NCBI GenBank assembly: GCA_001661245.1 | Contig: KV454017.1 | Coordinates: 248,001 to 304,079, forward strand | Reading direction: 5' to 3' | DNA: 56,079 bases | From: Pachysolen tannophilus NRRL Y-2460 | Taxonomy: Eukaryota | Shown: positions 33,980 to 44,491 of the stretch, piece after piece | How positions within the stretch are numbered: the first letter of the stretch is position 1 | How the letters are laid out: the number at the start of each line of letters is the position of its first letter | Notes under the pieces: generated by a model | Database searches by the model: none | The model's input: the letters and a program-made list of their open reading frames with translations, nothing else | Told to the model about the DNA's origin: nothing | Position numbers and translations under genes: made by a program

Positions 33980-34641
33980 GTACAACACTTTTTACATTTT
34001 CTACAACTCTACAAAGGTGGAGGAATACCCATAGTAATGATAAAAGCTTCACATATACATATATTTTTTTTTAATTGCTAATTTACTCTCCTCACTAACT
34101 GGTTTCTTGAAATCATTTTTTCTTTTATTAATTTTGCTTAAAAAAAAAAAAAAATTACTCCCCGATTATTCAATTTTTTTTTTTTTTATTTTCTTTTCTT
34201 CGTTTTTTCTTTCTTTTTCTCTTTAGTTACCCTCGAGGATTTTTTTTTAATTGTTTTAGTATGACTAGAATAAATTTATATGTATGTATATGTATCTCAA
34301 GGGTTTTTTAACCTTCTTTTTAATTGATTTTTCACCATTTTTCACCTAGTTAGTAAAAGATTTACAATTCAAAGAAGATTTAAGCTTAGTAACAAGGTTC
34401 AAGGAATGTTTCCTCGAAAACAAACACGAATTTCCTTTTTGGGAATTGGATTTGCCCACACTACAGTTATATAATTTTTTTTTTTTTTCTTTTTCTGTTT
34501 GAGTCTCAATTGCACGACTAGTTTAATGGATTTTGTTTTTTGGATTTTTTAATCTAGATTTGCACGACTAAATTTGGAATTTTTTTTTTTTTTTTTTTTT
34601 TTTTTCTTTAGTACTTTTTCTTTAGTACTAAACATTCATAT

Positions 34642-34680
<39 letters not shown>

Positions 34681-34703
34681 TTTGGTGTTGAAGAATTCTG
34701 GAG

Positions 34704-37523
34704 ATGTCAAAGAGACCAGCTCTTGCTGATCAGTTCAAGAAGGTTTCGAGGCCTAAATTGTCGCAGCAGGCTGTTTCGTCGACTTCGGGGGTTGCACAAC
34801 CACCACAACCTCCGGCGCCGCTGCTGCTGTCACTGTCGTCGCTGTCGCTGGCGCTGCTGCCGCATCATCATAATCATCAGTCTCTTCCTCCAAAACCTTC
34901 AACAACTCCTGTATATAGAAACAACAATAATAAATCTGAAAAATTCAACAAGAAGAGAAATAAATTGTTCAATTCACGTCAGATAAGGTTAGAAAATTCT
35001 GATCCTTCATTTAAAGAGGGCAAGTTGGATGTACCAAGTTTTATTAAATCGCGATTATTTGAAATAAATCAATTAGAACAAGCACAGTTAAGATCAAAAT
35101 TTTCTTCATCAACAAGATGTTTCCAAAGTTTACCACGGACATTGCGAAGAAGAACAGCATCGCATAATGTGAAAAGGGTGCCGAAAAGAATGAGACTGAA
35201 AGCGTTAAGAGAAATGAAATTAAATCATGATACAAATAATGGTAATGTCTTGGTAAAGAGAAAACATTTGAGTGGAAGAGAATTGTATAGACTTAAAACT
35301 ACAAAGAAATTATTGAAAATTGCAGCTAAATTGAAAACAGATAAATTGAACAATTTCAATACATCGATATCTGATTTTAATTTAAGAAATAAGATAAAAG
35401 AGATAACATCTAAGATTAATGAAATTGAAGAAAAAAAATTAAGAGATAATGAAAAAAATTTAACTCAAGAGGAAAAATTAATTTCAAGATCAAAATTATT
35501 TTTAAATAATTCCATGGGTTCTTATGATAACCTTGGTGTGAATAAATTAGCTTCTAGACCACGAGGAAATGCTAAATATATGAAAAGACAGAAAAATAAT
35601 GTTTGGTTACCTACTCATGTTATGCATGCAAAGAGAGCTCATATGATAAAAAGATGGGGATACCAAATACCTTTAGAACCAACTCAAAAATGCTATAAAT
35701 CAACTCATAGAAAGTCAATATTGGATGGTGCATTGATCTTTGATACTTCATATTACGATTGTTTAATCTTGACTTGTTTGCCCAATTTACAAAATAATTT
35801 AAAAGATTTAATTTTGAAAATATCTAATAATCAATTTAAGGGAAAATTTTTCAATAGTAACAAAGTTTGGCAAGGATTATTATATATCCAAGATATCGAA
35901 AATGAAGATAAAAATGAATCTTTTAATAAAATTATTGGTAAAGGTTCAATTTATTATCTTAAAAATGAAAAAGAAACAAAAGCTTTAATACGAATGCATC
36001 CTTCAACTTATAAAGAATTTTTCGATTTCTTATTATCATACATAAATAAAGATAACGATGATGAAGATAAGATAAAATTATATGATTGTCGTTATTCTTT
36101 AGGAAGTATTGAACTTGCAGGACCTCTGTCAATCTCATGTTTGACTCAAATCTTACATCCAACAAAAGATTTCAAAAATTTAAAAGCTTCTCAATATTTA
36201 ACCAAATTATCTACAATTCAGGACTTAGATAGTATCAGTGTTGGAACTATATTTGCATTTGATGTTGATGACCCAAGGTTATGGGATAAACCTTATAAGA
36301 ATCCGAGAAAGCCAAGAGAAAATGAGGTATTGGATCTTATTATTGATATAAATCAAGGAAGTTCGATTAATCATGATACTTTACAAAAATTATTTACTTT
36401 TGAAGGAAGATTGAAATCTTATGAAAATCAACCTTCAACTAAGATGCTATCATCAAGGAGATCTCAAAATCCACCATCAATGCCATTACCTAAATTATCA
36501 TCAGATCCAACTATTCCGTTAATGATAGTTAAGACATCGCTGATCAGATATTCTATAATATTGCCTTGGTATTGGGTATTACCATTTTGGTATAATTTCA
36601 ATAAGATTCCACATTTACAAATGGGAGGATTAAAACAATTGCATCAATTAAACTTTGAATCGGAATTTTTAAATTTTCCAAATGATTATCCATTCTTAAG
36701 ACAAGGATATGTTGAAAATTTTTTAAATGGTATAGAAATGCATAGAAAATGGTTATCAAAGCAAACGGGTAAAAAAATCAATTTTGAAAAATTGGATTTA
36801 AATAATGATGATGAAGAATTTGGTAAAGGAGAAATAGGATTCCCATTTAACAGTGATTGGAGATTTTTACAAATATTAAGACACGCATTAAAATTATATG
36901 AAAAATCCATTAATGAGAAAGGAGATCAAAAGGCAAATTTCGAAACAACCAATTGGGCTCCCAATCATAAAAGAATTTTGAAAAATTTATCAGATGTATA
37001 TGAATATATTGAAGATATTAAGGCTTTAGATAAGGAAAAATTAGCAAGAGGTGAATTATTATTACAAAATCCAGTTGAATTAGCAACTGATTTAACTAAA
37101 ATTAAGCAAGAATTTTTTAATTCAACAATATCTTTTTCAAATATTTCAACTTTAAAAATTATTCCAATTAAAGTGAAAATATTACGGAAGGGTCATCCAA
37201 CAGATAATGCAAGAATTTATTCAATTCCAAAGACAGATTACAACAAGTGGATCCAATCTTTAAATCATTTAAATATCGATTCTAAAAAAACGTCCAAGAA
37301 TATACCACCATGTCCTCCAGCTAATCATTTAATTGGATTTTTAACTTCTGCAACTTTTAATTTATGTAAAGGATGCGGCTCTGGTATTGGTTATATTGAT
37401 GCTCAATTTGCTTTAAATAAAACCAAAAAAAATAACGAAAAAGATAAAAATTTTTGTTTAATAAGAAATGTTGGCCAATCTGTTTCTAGATTGGCTCAAT
37501 GGGATATTATAGAAGAACTTTAA
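34704..37523 (+). CDS. POP1: RNase P/MRP subunit Pop1
   Basis: FQSLPRTLRRRTASHNVKRVPKRMR, WLPTHVMHAKRAHMIKRWGY, ILPWYWVLPFW, LIGFLTSATFNL..G.G.G. Confidence 0.95.
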   Translation: MSKRPALADQFKKVSRPKLSQQAVSSTSGVAQPPQPPAPLLLSLSSLSLALLPHHHNHQSLPPKPSTTPVYRNNNNKSEKFNKKRNKLFNSRQIRLENSDPSFKEGKLDVPSFIKSRLFEINQLEQAQLRSKFSSSTRCFQSLPRTLRRRTASHNVKRVPKRMRLKALREMKLNHDTNNGNVLVKRKHLSGRELYRLKTTKKLLKIAAKLKTDKLNNFNTSISDFNLRNKIKEITSKINEIEEKKLRDNEKNLTQEEKLISRSKLFLNNSMGSYDNLGVNKLASRPRGNAKYMKRQKNNVWLPTHVMHAKRAHMIKRWGYQIPLEPTQKCYKSTHRKSILDGALIFDTSYYDCLILTCLPNLQNNLKDLILKISNNQFKGKFFNSNKVWQGLLYIQDIENEDKNESFNKIIGKGSIYYLKNEKETKALIRMHPSTYKEFFDFLLSYINKDNDDEDKIKLYDCRYSLGSIELAGPLSISCLTQILHPTKDFKNLKASQYLTKLSTIQDLDSISVGTIFAFDVDDPRLWDKPYKNPRKPRENEVLDLIIDINQGSSINHDTLQKLFTFEGRLKSYENQPSTKMLSSRRSQNPPSMPLPKLSSDPTIPLMIVKTSLIRYSIILPWYWVLPFWYNFNKIPHLQMGGLKQLHQLNFESEFLNFPNDYPFLRQGYVENFLNGIEMHRKWLSKQTGKKINFEKLDLNNDDEEFGKGEIGFPFNSDWRFLQILRHALKLYEKSINEKGDQKANFETTNWAPNHKRILKNLSDVYEYIEDIKALDKEKLARGELLLQNPVELATDLTKIKQEFFNSTISFSNISTLKIIPIKVKILRKGHPTDNARIYSIPKTDYNKWIQSLNHLNIDSKKTSKNIPPCPPANHLIGFLTSATFNLCKGCGSGIGYIDAQFALNKTKKNNEKDKNFCLIRNVGQSVSRLAQWDIIEEL

Positions 37524-37660
37524 ATATTTTTAAATAAATATAGATTACATGATATAAATATGCACTGAACTGATTCATTCACAAATTCTGTATGTACATA
37601 TAGATAAATAGAGAGAGAGATGCCTTAATTTTTTTTTCCTCTTTTGTGAAAATTTCCATG

Positions 37661-37713
37661 TTACCCGCCTTTCCAATAAAAAACTAAAAAAAAAAAAAAA
37701 AATTTCATATAAA
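37661..37713 (+). promoter_or_regulatory. Candidate U1 promoter: Reb1-type site, poly(dA) tract and TATA box
   Basis: TTACCCG at 37661-37667, an A-tract, and TATAAA at 37708-37713, 67 nt before the U1 5' end. Confidence 0.55.
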
Positions 37714-37774
37714 TTCAGCACTTTCGCTGTTAAAAAGTTCTTGAACTTTTTTTTCTCTTTTTTTTTTTTTCTTC

Positions 37775-37910
37775 ATACTTACCTTGAGACGCCATAGGAG
37801 ATCAAGAAGTCCTTATGGTCGGCTTTAGGGGCTTACATTGCACAACGTTACTCCTGAAGCTGTCGGCTATCACATAGTGGTAGTGCGGGTCTCATAATTT
37901 TTGATTTCTC
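37775..37910 (+). ncRNA. SNR19: U1 spliceosomal snRNA (3' end approximate)
   Basis: 5' ATACTTACCTT; closing helix TGAGAC 37785-90 / GTCTCA 37889-94; stem I with loop GATCAAGAAG; stem II (12 bp) with loop ATTGCACAAC; short stem III; Sm site AATTTTTG 37896-37903. Located between POP1 and SSU72, as SNR19 is in S. cerevisiae. Confidence 0.97.
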
Positions 37911-38274
37911 CTAATTGATTTTGTATGATTATTTTTTAGTATTCATATGAAAAATTTCCTCTTAATTCACGTTTTTATTCTAATGAATTTTGTTAATTGA
38001 TTTGATTTTGGGTGTACATATTTTATTGTATATATGACACTCACTTGATGAAATTGATTAATTTTTTTTTCATTTTTTTTTTCAATTGTACCGTATTCTA
38101 TTGTGTTGTATTGTTTTTGATCTTTTTTACTAATGTGTTAACCAGGTGGTTTGTCTTTAGTAAAAGGATTAAAAACTTACCAGGTAATATTGTGGTAATG
38201 TTTAGTAATGTGTAGTAAGTACCCTTGTCCCATAATACTAGAAGTACTAGTAGTACATAAAAATTCAATAATGC

Positions 38275-38456
38275 CAGCTAACTTTTGGTGTAAAGTTGCG
38301 GAAGTTGATGCACATACATCGGGCGGCGGACCAACGGCCGAACAAGCGGCCAGCAGGCAGCTAACAAGCGGCAAACAAGAGGATAATAAGCAAGAAGCCC
38401 GTGGGCAGCTAACGAGCAGTCTAGCAACCAGCTAACAGGTGGCTAGCGGGCGGCAC
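38275..38456. repeat. GC-rich degenerate repeat block (CAGCTAAC x4, AACAAGCGGC x2)
   Basis: CAGCTAAC at 38275, 38358, 38406 and 38429; AACAAGCGGC at 38341 and 38363; GGGCGGC at both ends. Confidence 0.6.
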
Positions 38457-38901
38457 TATTTTTTCCCCCCCCTCTATTCTCTTCTTTTTCCCTTCCCCTT
38501 CCCTTCCCTTCAAAGAAAAAGGACAAAATCTTTCAATTAACTTTAATTAGTTAAGAATAATATAAAAAATATGGTAGTGCAGAAACCACTTAAAACATCC
38601 GAAAAGAGATGTTTTGATGTTCCGCGGCTGGATCATTATCGTTTTGCAGAACGTTCCGCGGATCTATCTAGCTCATCATCGAAATGCTCTAAGATATTGT
38701 CTTTTGTATACTTATACTTATATATACCAAAGTATTTTTCTGTTTTCCTTTTTTTTTCTTCCTTCTATTTTATATTATGTGATTTGTTTCTTGGGCCTTT
38801 CCGTGGACTCTAGACTCTATTCTTCATAAGTTGTGATAATATTTGTTTATTTAAAAGTAGAAGGTTAAGTTGGTTTTGTTAACTTTATATTTTTTTTTTT
38901 C

Positions 38902-38933
<32 letters not shown>

Positions 38934-39007
38934 GGTTGGGGTTGTACTGGTTTTGATAAGAGCAGAAAGAAACTTAATTTATTATTATTTATATATATTT
39001 ATGCGAT

Positions 39008-40462
39008 ATGACACAAGATGGTTTTTTCGAAACAGATGTTAAGTCGCTGGGCTTGTCAGATATTAATTTTACTGTTTATTGTGGTACTTTAGCACATACT
39101 CCAAAATTAGGTGTTTTGGAAGTTATACCAAATGCTGTTGTTGGAGTTGATCAAGATGGGATTATTGTTTTCATTACACCAAATGCTGCAGATGATCCTT
39201 TAAAAGCTGTTTCTGCTTATGATCCAACTTTATCTTTAACACAAGTAGATGTTATTAATACTGATTTACAAAATGAAAGTTGTTTTTGGTTCCCAGGATT
39301 TTTTGATACACATATTCATGCACCACAATTTTCTAATAATGGTATATTTGGAAATTCAACTTTACTTGATTGGTTAGAAAAATATACTTTCCCCTTGGAA
39401 TCATCTTTTAAAGATTTGTCAATTGCTAAAGAACATTATGAAAGAGTTATTGATAGAACTTTAAGTAATGGTACTACATGTGCTTCATATTATGCAACAA
39501 TTCATCCTTTACTGTCCAAATTATTGGCTGAAATTGCTTTGAAAAAAGGTCAAAGAGCTTTTATTGGTAAAGTTTGTATGGATAAAAATTCTCCTGATCA
39601 CTATATTGAAACTGCTGATGAATGTAAACAAGCAACTTTAGATGTAATTGATCATATAGAAAAGATTGATCCTGAAATGGAATTAATAGCTCCAATTATT
39701 ACACCAAGATTTGCAGGTTCCTGTACAAGTGAATTATTAAAATGGCTTGGTGATTTAAGAGAATCAAAAAATTATCATTGTCAAACTCATATTAATGAAA
39801 CACAAGTGGAAATTGAATGGATATTAAAACAATTCCCAGATTATAATACTTATACAGATATTTATAATGATCATAATTTATTATCAAATAAAACTATATT
39901 GGGGCATGGTATCCATTTCACAGAATATGAAAAAGATTTAATTTCCAAAATCGGTTGTGGTGTTGCACATTGTCCAACTTCAAACTCATCTATTACTTCT
40001 GGTGAAGCAAGAATAAGATGGTTATTAGATGCAGGAATAAACGTTGGTTTAGGAACTGATTGTTCTGGTGGATTTACTCCATCAATATTGGAAGTTTCTA
40101 AACATGCATTATTGGTCTCTAGACATTTAGTTATGGGTTCCAAGAATGAAAAGGAAAAATTAACTGTCAATGAATGTTTATATTTGGCCACTATGGGTGG
40201 AGCGAACGTTTGTAAACTTCAAGATAAAGCTGGTTCATTTGAAATAGGTAAAAAATGGGAATGTCAATTAATTGATTTGGATGTCCAAGGTTCAGCATTA
40301 GATATTTTTGATTATCAGAGACCAAATTGGAAAGAAAATGATTACGTGGAAGCCAAGAGTAAATTTCAAAACCTAATAGATAAATGGGTTTTCAATGGTG
40401 ATGATAGAAATGTCAGAAAGGTTTATACTAATGGTAGATGTGTCGTTAATAAGGAATACTAG
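39008..40462 (+). CDS. GUD1: Guanine deaminase
   Basis: Amidohydrolase motifs PGFFDTHIHAPQ, LLDWLEKYTFPLE, ITPRFA, QTHINE, HCPTSNS, VGLGTDCSGG, GDDRN. Confidence 0.95.
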   Translation: MTQDGFFETDVKSLGLSDINFTVYCGTLAHTPKLGVLEVIPNAVVGVDQDGIIVFITPNAADDPLKAVSAYDPTLSLTQVDVINTDLQNESCFWFPGFFDTHIHAPQFSNNGIFGNSTLLDWLEKYTFPLESSFKDLSIAKEHYERVIDRTLSNGTTCASYYATIHPLLSKLLAEIALKKGQRAFIGKVCMDKNSPDHYIETADECKQATLDVIDHIEKIDPEMELIAPIITPRFAGSCTSELLKWLGDLRESKNYHCQTHINETQVEIEWILKQFPDYNTYTDIYNDHNLLSNKTILGHGIHFTEYEKDLISKIGCGVAHCPTSNSSITSGEARIRWLLDAGINVGLGTDCSGGFTPSILEVSKHALLVSRHLVMGSKNEKEKLTVNECLYLATMGGANVCKLQDKAGSFEIGKKWECQLIDLDVQGSALDIFDYQRPNWKENDYVEAKSKFQNLIDKWVFNGDDRNVRKVYTNGRCVVNKEY

Positions 40463-40605
40463 AAGGTTTCTACTTTTTTTCTTTTTTTTTTCTTTCTCTT
40501 TTATCTTTTTCTTTTGCTATTTACTTGATTACATTTTAATTTTACATTTTGATAATTTAATTAATACTTAATTCTAAACTAGGAATAACTAATAAAAATT
40601 TTCCT

Positions 40606-41361
40606 CTAATAATAACAAACACTATACAATGATGGTAAGTTTGGGTGTCCTTTTTGCCATTCTGTTAATACATCTATCATACTATCTTCAAAAGGTTTGC
40701 TAAACTGATCGGTTATTTTACAACTTTTCAGGTATTTATCATTGATCAGGTTTGCCAATTCTAAAATCCCCAGTCCACCAATTTGGGCATTATCATGATC
40801 ATCTTTAATATCGATATTTATAACATGTATAATATTGTTAGTTGTATCAGGGTTATTATAATTTCTTGAAAGTAAATCTTCAACAACTGCATCAAAACAT
40901 CTTTCCTCACATGTAAATACTATATCAAACTTGAAATGTTCTCTATTATAAGCCTCATTCTCCGGAACACCATAATATGGCCATCTCTCTGGTGCTGTTT
41001 TAATCTTCCTATTTCGATCAACCATTTGTAGCACACCATTAGATGAATATAATTTCGGATTTTGACTTATCAATTCTTGATATATCTTTTCATAAGGTGT
41101 ACCAAATTGATATACATTCGGCCGATCTATGGAAGGCCCAGGTAATCGAACAGCTGAGCCTGTTCCAAATGATTCTACCTTATATCCAGCATCTTTTAAC
41201 ACCTTATGGGCTTGCATTGATCTAAAGAGTAAATATTCATGTTAGTAATCATCATTTCTTTATTAACATACATTTTCAAAAAATAAAAATGAAAAACATT
41301 GCTCAAAGACATACCTATTCTGATTAGAAGCACAAACAGTACAAAACTTCAACTCTGACAT
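40606..41361 (-). CDS. SSU72: RNA polymerase II CTD phosphatase Ssu72; exons 41361-41315 and 41221-40606
   Basis: Spliced N-terminus [21 protein letters not shown] gives the CX5R active site; [24 protein letters not shown]. Confidence 0.96.
41222..41314 (-). other. Spliceosomal intron of SSU72 (93 nt)
   Basis: GTATGT donor at 41314, TACTAAC at 41247-41241, TAG at 41222. It splits the catalytic Arg codon AG|A. Confidence 0.95.
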
Positions 41362-41994
41362 CTTATTTCAATTCTGATAATATCTCTATCCGTGTAGTAT
41401 TAAACTTAACTGTTGTAAATGGAAAACTACGCTACTTGCACTTCCTGAAACATGCATAGATTCAACCAGATAGAGCTTTTTTTTTTTGGCCTTCAAATAT
41501 TAGAAATCAACTCTAATCTCTACTCAAATCTTTGGATAAATTACTTCTTAATCTAACTAAATGAATGAAGATATAAGAAATGTTCTTAAATATTGAAAAC
41601 AGTGTAAGGATATTTATTAAACATCTCGTAAACTTTTTAACTTTTCAATTTTTCAACTTTTTAATTTTTTTTTTTTTCATCTTCTATTTAGTTTTCCTCG
41701 AAGGTTCTCGTATTAAGAAAATAGATAAGCTCTTTTAAGTAAAAGTTGTTCATCTTAAAGAGTGATTTGAACAAGATAGATTAAACATATAAACTACAAA
41801 TATAGCCATGACCTGATAAGATATTATCTAACTATCTACCTAACCTATATATATATATATATATATACATATATATATTTGCAAATAAATATATAATCCC
41901 AAAATCATAAATTGAAAATGTTGCCTGCAACATTTTCAGATAAGCTAATTACAGAGCAATTAAACTTTTTTTTTCTTTCTTTTCTTTCTTTTAT

Positions 41995-44148
41995 TCATTC
42001 ATTAAAAACCTCAATGTTACCACCTTCTTGTGGTTCAGCATCCAGCTTAAATGGTTTACTATTATGATCATGTTCAAACTTGGAAGCTGTTCCAAAAAAA
42101 TCCTTTCCATTTTTAGAAGATTTAAAATCTTCATTTTCGCTGTCATCTTCAAGACTATCTTCAATTTCATCTTTATTTGTATTTCCTTTTCCAATTGAAA
42201 GCGGTGATTTCGAAGGTTCTTTCGAGTAATCACCCGATGGTTCCTTAACTTCTTTCTCCTCTGTATAATGAATTATGCTTTCATCGAGATTCAAATTTGA
42301 TAAATCATGATGGTCAACCACAACGGCTGGTTCATTTATTGATTCATAATCCTTTTTATTTATTTTTTCATAATTTTCTTTTATATCACTTTTTTGAATT
42401 ATAGAAGAATCTTTTTCATCATCAAATGTGAAATTACCGCGATCTTTTTCTTCTTCTCTTTCCAAAATTACTAACGAATCATCATTATTTCCAACTTCAA
42501 CTGGCAGCTCATACTCTTCTTCTGAATGGTTAGAGACGTTTTCATGGGGAAAAGAACAAGTTTCTTGCAGTGAAACATGATGCAGCAGTTGAGATTTTTT
42601 TGAATTTAAGTTGGAATTTTCTTCATTACCTTCAGATTGAATATTCAGTTCAGAAGCTGTTCTGGGATTTAATCCCAAGTCAACAAATTCATCTTCATCA
42701 TCTTCCATATCAACAATTGATATTGAAGGTTGCCTCATTTCCAATAATGCTGAATTATTGGTTTGAGAAATATGAACTATCTTATAATGTAAATCATTGG
42801 ATTGTAATGAATTTTTCCAATCTTCATAATCTTTTTTATCTTTAATTAAAAATCCAATTAACATTGAAGGATCCATTTGATTTAAATGTAATTTACGTAG
42901 TCTTGTAGTATGTACTGATGGAATATCCAAATTCGACAAGACTTCAATATAATTACTTGTTTCTAATGATTCATCAAAATTCTGCAGCAGTTCATTTTGA
43001 GTTTCAACTTCTATTTCTTCTTTCCGTTCTTGGACTGATTCATTTTCTTTATGTTGAGGATCTTGATTTTCAATATAACTACTTGGAATTTGTAAAGGTT
43101 TTTGTGGTAAATGAGGATCCAAATAAAATAAGTAATCTCCTTGAAATCCAAAAAAATAATGTGATGATGAAGGTCTACCACCTGCAATACCAACAGACTG
43201 AGGTATTGCTAAAGTTTTCTTTAAAGCATCCCAATATATAGGATTAACATTTTCAACACCTAATCTAACACCACATAAAATTAATACCGGATTAACGGTT
43301 CCATTTTCATTTTCAAGTAAATTCATTAATTCATCCTCATAAATATCTCCACTATCTTCACTTAGATAAACTTTTAATCCACATTCTTTATAATCATCAC
43401 ACAAGACTTGAATACTCCTTGCTGCAGCTGATGGACCAAACCATTCACCAGCTTTCTTTCCAGAATAAGTTATACCTTTATCAACAAAATTATGAATTGA
43501 AAAGGGTGCCGATGGAGCATCCACAAACCATGATATTATTCTCTTATGTGTATCATCACCATCTTGTTCACCTTGTTCATCTTGTTCATCTTGTTCATTT
43601 TTATTATATCTCCAATCTCTACCAACAAGTAAATTTAAAAAAGTATTTGCCAATAAACTTTGACTTGTTCTTATCATACAACCCCATCCAACATCAGAAG
43701 TAAAACCAACATGATTTATATCATTAATAGAACCGGATCTAAGAAAAGTCCCCAATGATGAAGTCAACGGAGATGGCCCATCAACAGATTTAGCAATTGG
43801 GAAGAACCCTGTTCTATAAGTTAACCATATCCTACTTTCAACATCACGTATAAACAGCTCTGGCCAAATATTTTCAGGAATTTTCAGATTAAAAGAACCT
43901 TCATGCTTGAAAAAATTTCTAATTTCATTCAATTTGGAATCAAAATTTGATAATTCAAATCGACCGCCATTATCATTACAATTATCCTTTGAAAAATTTA
44001 ACTGTTCATTACTTCGTTGCTGTGTTATTATTTCAAATGGATCATATTCTTTACCCAATACTACCAACTTATTCTCCAAATCATCATTCTCAAAAGATCT
44101 ATCCCAAAATATATCGAGAACACGTTTAAGACCATGTGACGATGCCAT
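41995..44148 (-). CDS. ATG4: Autophagy cysteine protease Atg4 with a long acidic C-terminal extension
   Basis: RIWLTYRTGF, SDVGWGCMIRTSQSLLAN (catalytic Cys), GEWFGPS, YLDPH (Asp/His), MDPSMLIGF. Confidence 0.96.
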   Translation of the reverse strand: MASSHGLKRVLDIFWDRSFENDDLENKLVVLGKEYDPFEIITQQRSNEQLNFSKDNCNDNGGRFELSNFDSKLNEIRNFFKHEGSFNLKIPENIWPELFIRDVESRIWLTYRTGFFPIAKSVDGPSPLTSSLGTFLRSGSINDINHVGFTSDVGWGCMIRTSQSLLANTFLNLLVGRDWRYNKNEQDEQDEQGEQDGDDTHKRIISWFVDAPSAPFSIHNFVDKGITYSGKKAGEWFGPSAAARSIQVLCDDYKECGLKVYLSEDSGDIYEDELMNLLENENGTVNPVLILCGVRLGVENVNPIYWDALKKTLAIPQSVGIAGGRPSSSHYFFGFQGDYLFYLDPHLPQKPLQIPSSYIENQDPQHKENESVQERKEEIEVETQNELLQNFDESLETSNYIEVLSNLDIPSVHTTRLRKLHLNQMDPSMLIGFLIKDKKDYEDWKNSLQSNDLHYKIVHISQTNNSALLEMRQPSISIVDMEDDEDEFVDLGLNPRTASELNIQSEGNEENSNLNSKKSQLLHHVSLQETCSFPHENVSNHSEEEYELPVEVGNNDDSLVILEREEEKDRGNFTFDDEKDSSIIQKSDIKENYEKINKKDYESINEPAVVVDHHDLSNLNLDESIIHYTEEKEVKEPSGDYSKEPSKSPLSIGKGNTNKDEIEDSLEDDSENEDFKSSKNGKDFFGTASKFEHDHNSKPFKLDAEPQEGGNIEVFNE

Positions 44149-44491
44149 TATCCACTTCTATCAATAATCAAATTATAATATTGATATCTTATTTAAAATA
44201 ATATTAATACTTCTTTACGTTGTATTTCCATTTACTTATTATTTTAAAAAGTCTATTAACACAACTCTACACGTGATTTCCGGTCTCTTTATTATAAGAA
44301 AAGTTTTAAAAATTCAAATTTATAAAGGAATAGACAAGTTGATAATTATTGATGAAATTAAAATTATAATTTTTATCTGAAGTGAATATTGGGATTGTTG
44401 CTGTGATAGAGTTTTGTGAATTTTTGACATTATCAGGAATAGGTTGGTTATTGGTTATTTTAAATTGTTCATTTTTGAGAAAGTTGTAAAG

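Noticed and set aside
41720..41946. Three GATAAG motifs between ATG4 and SSU72
   Set aside because: Frequent by chance in AT-rich DNA, and SSU72 has no expected nitrogen regulation.
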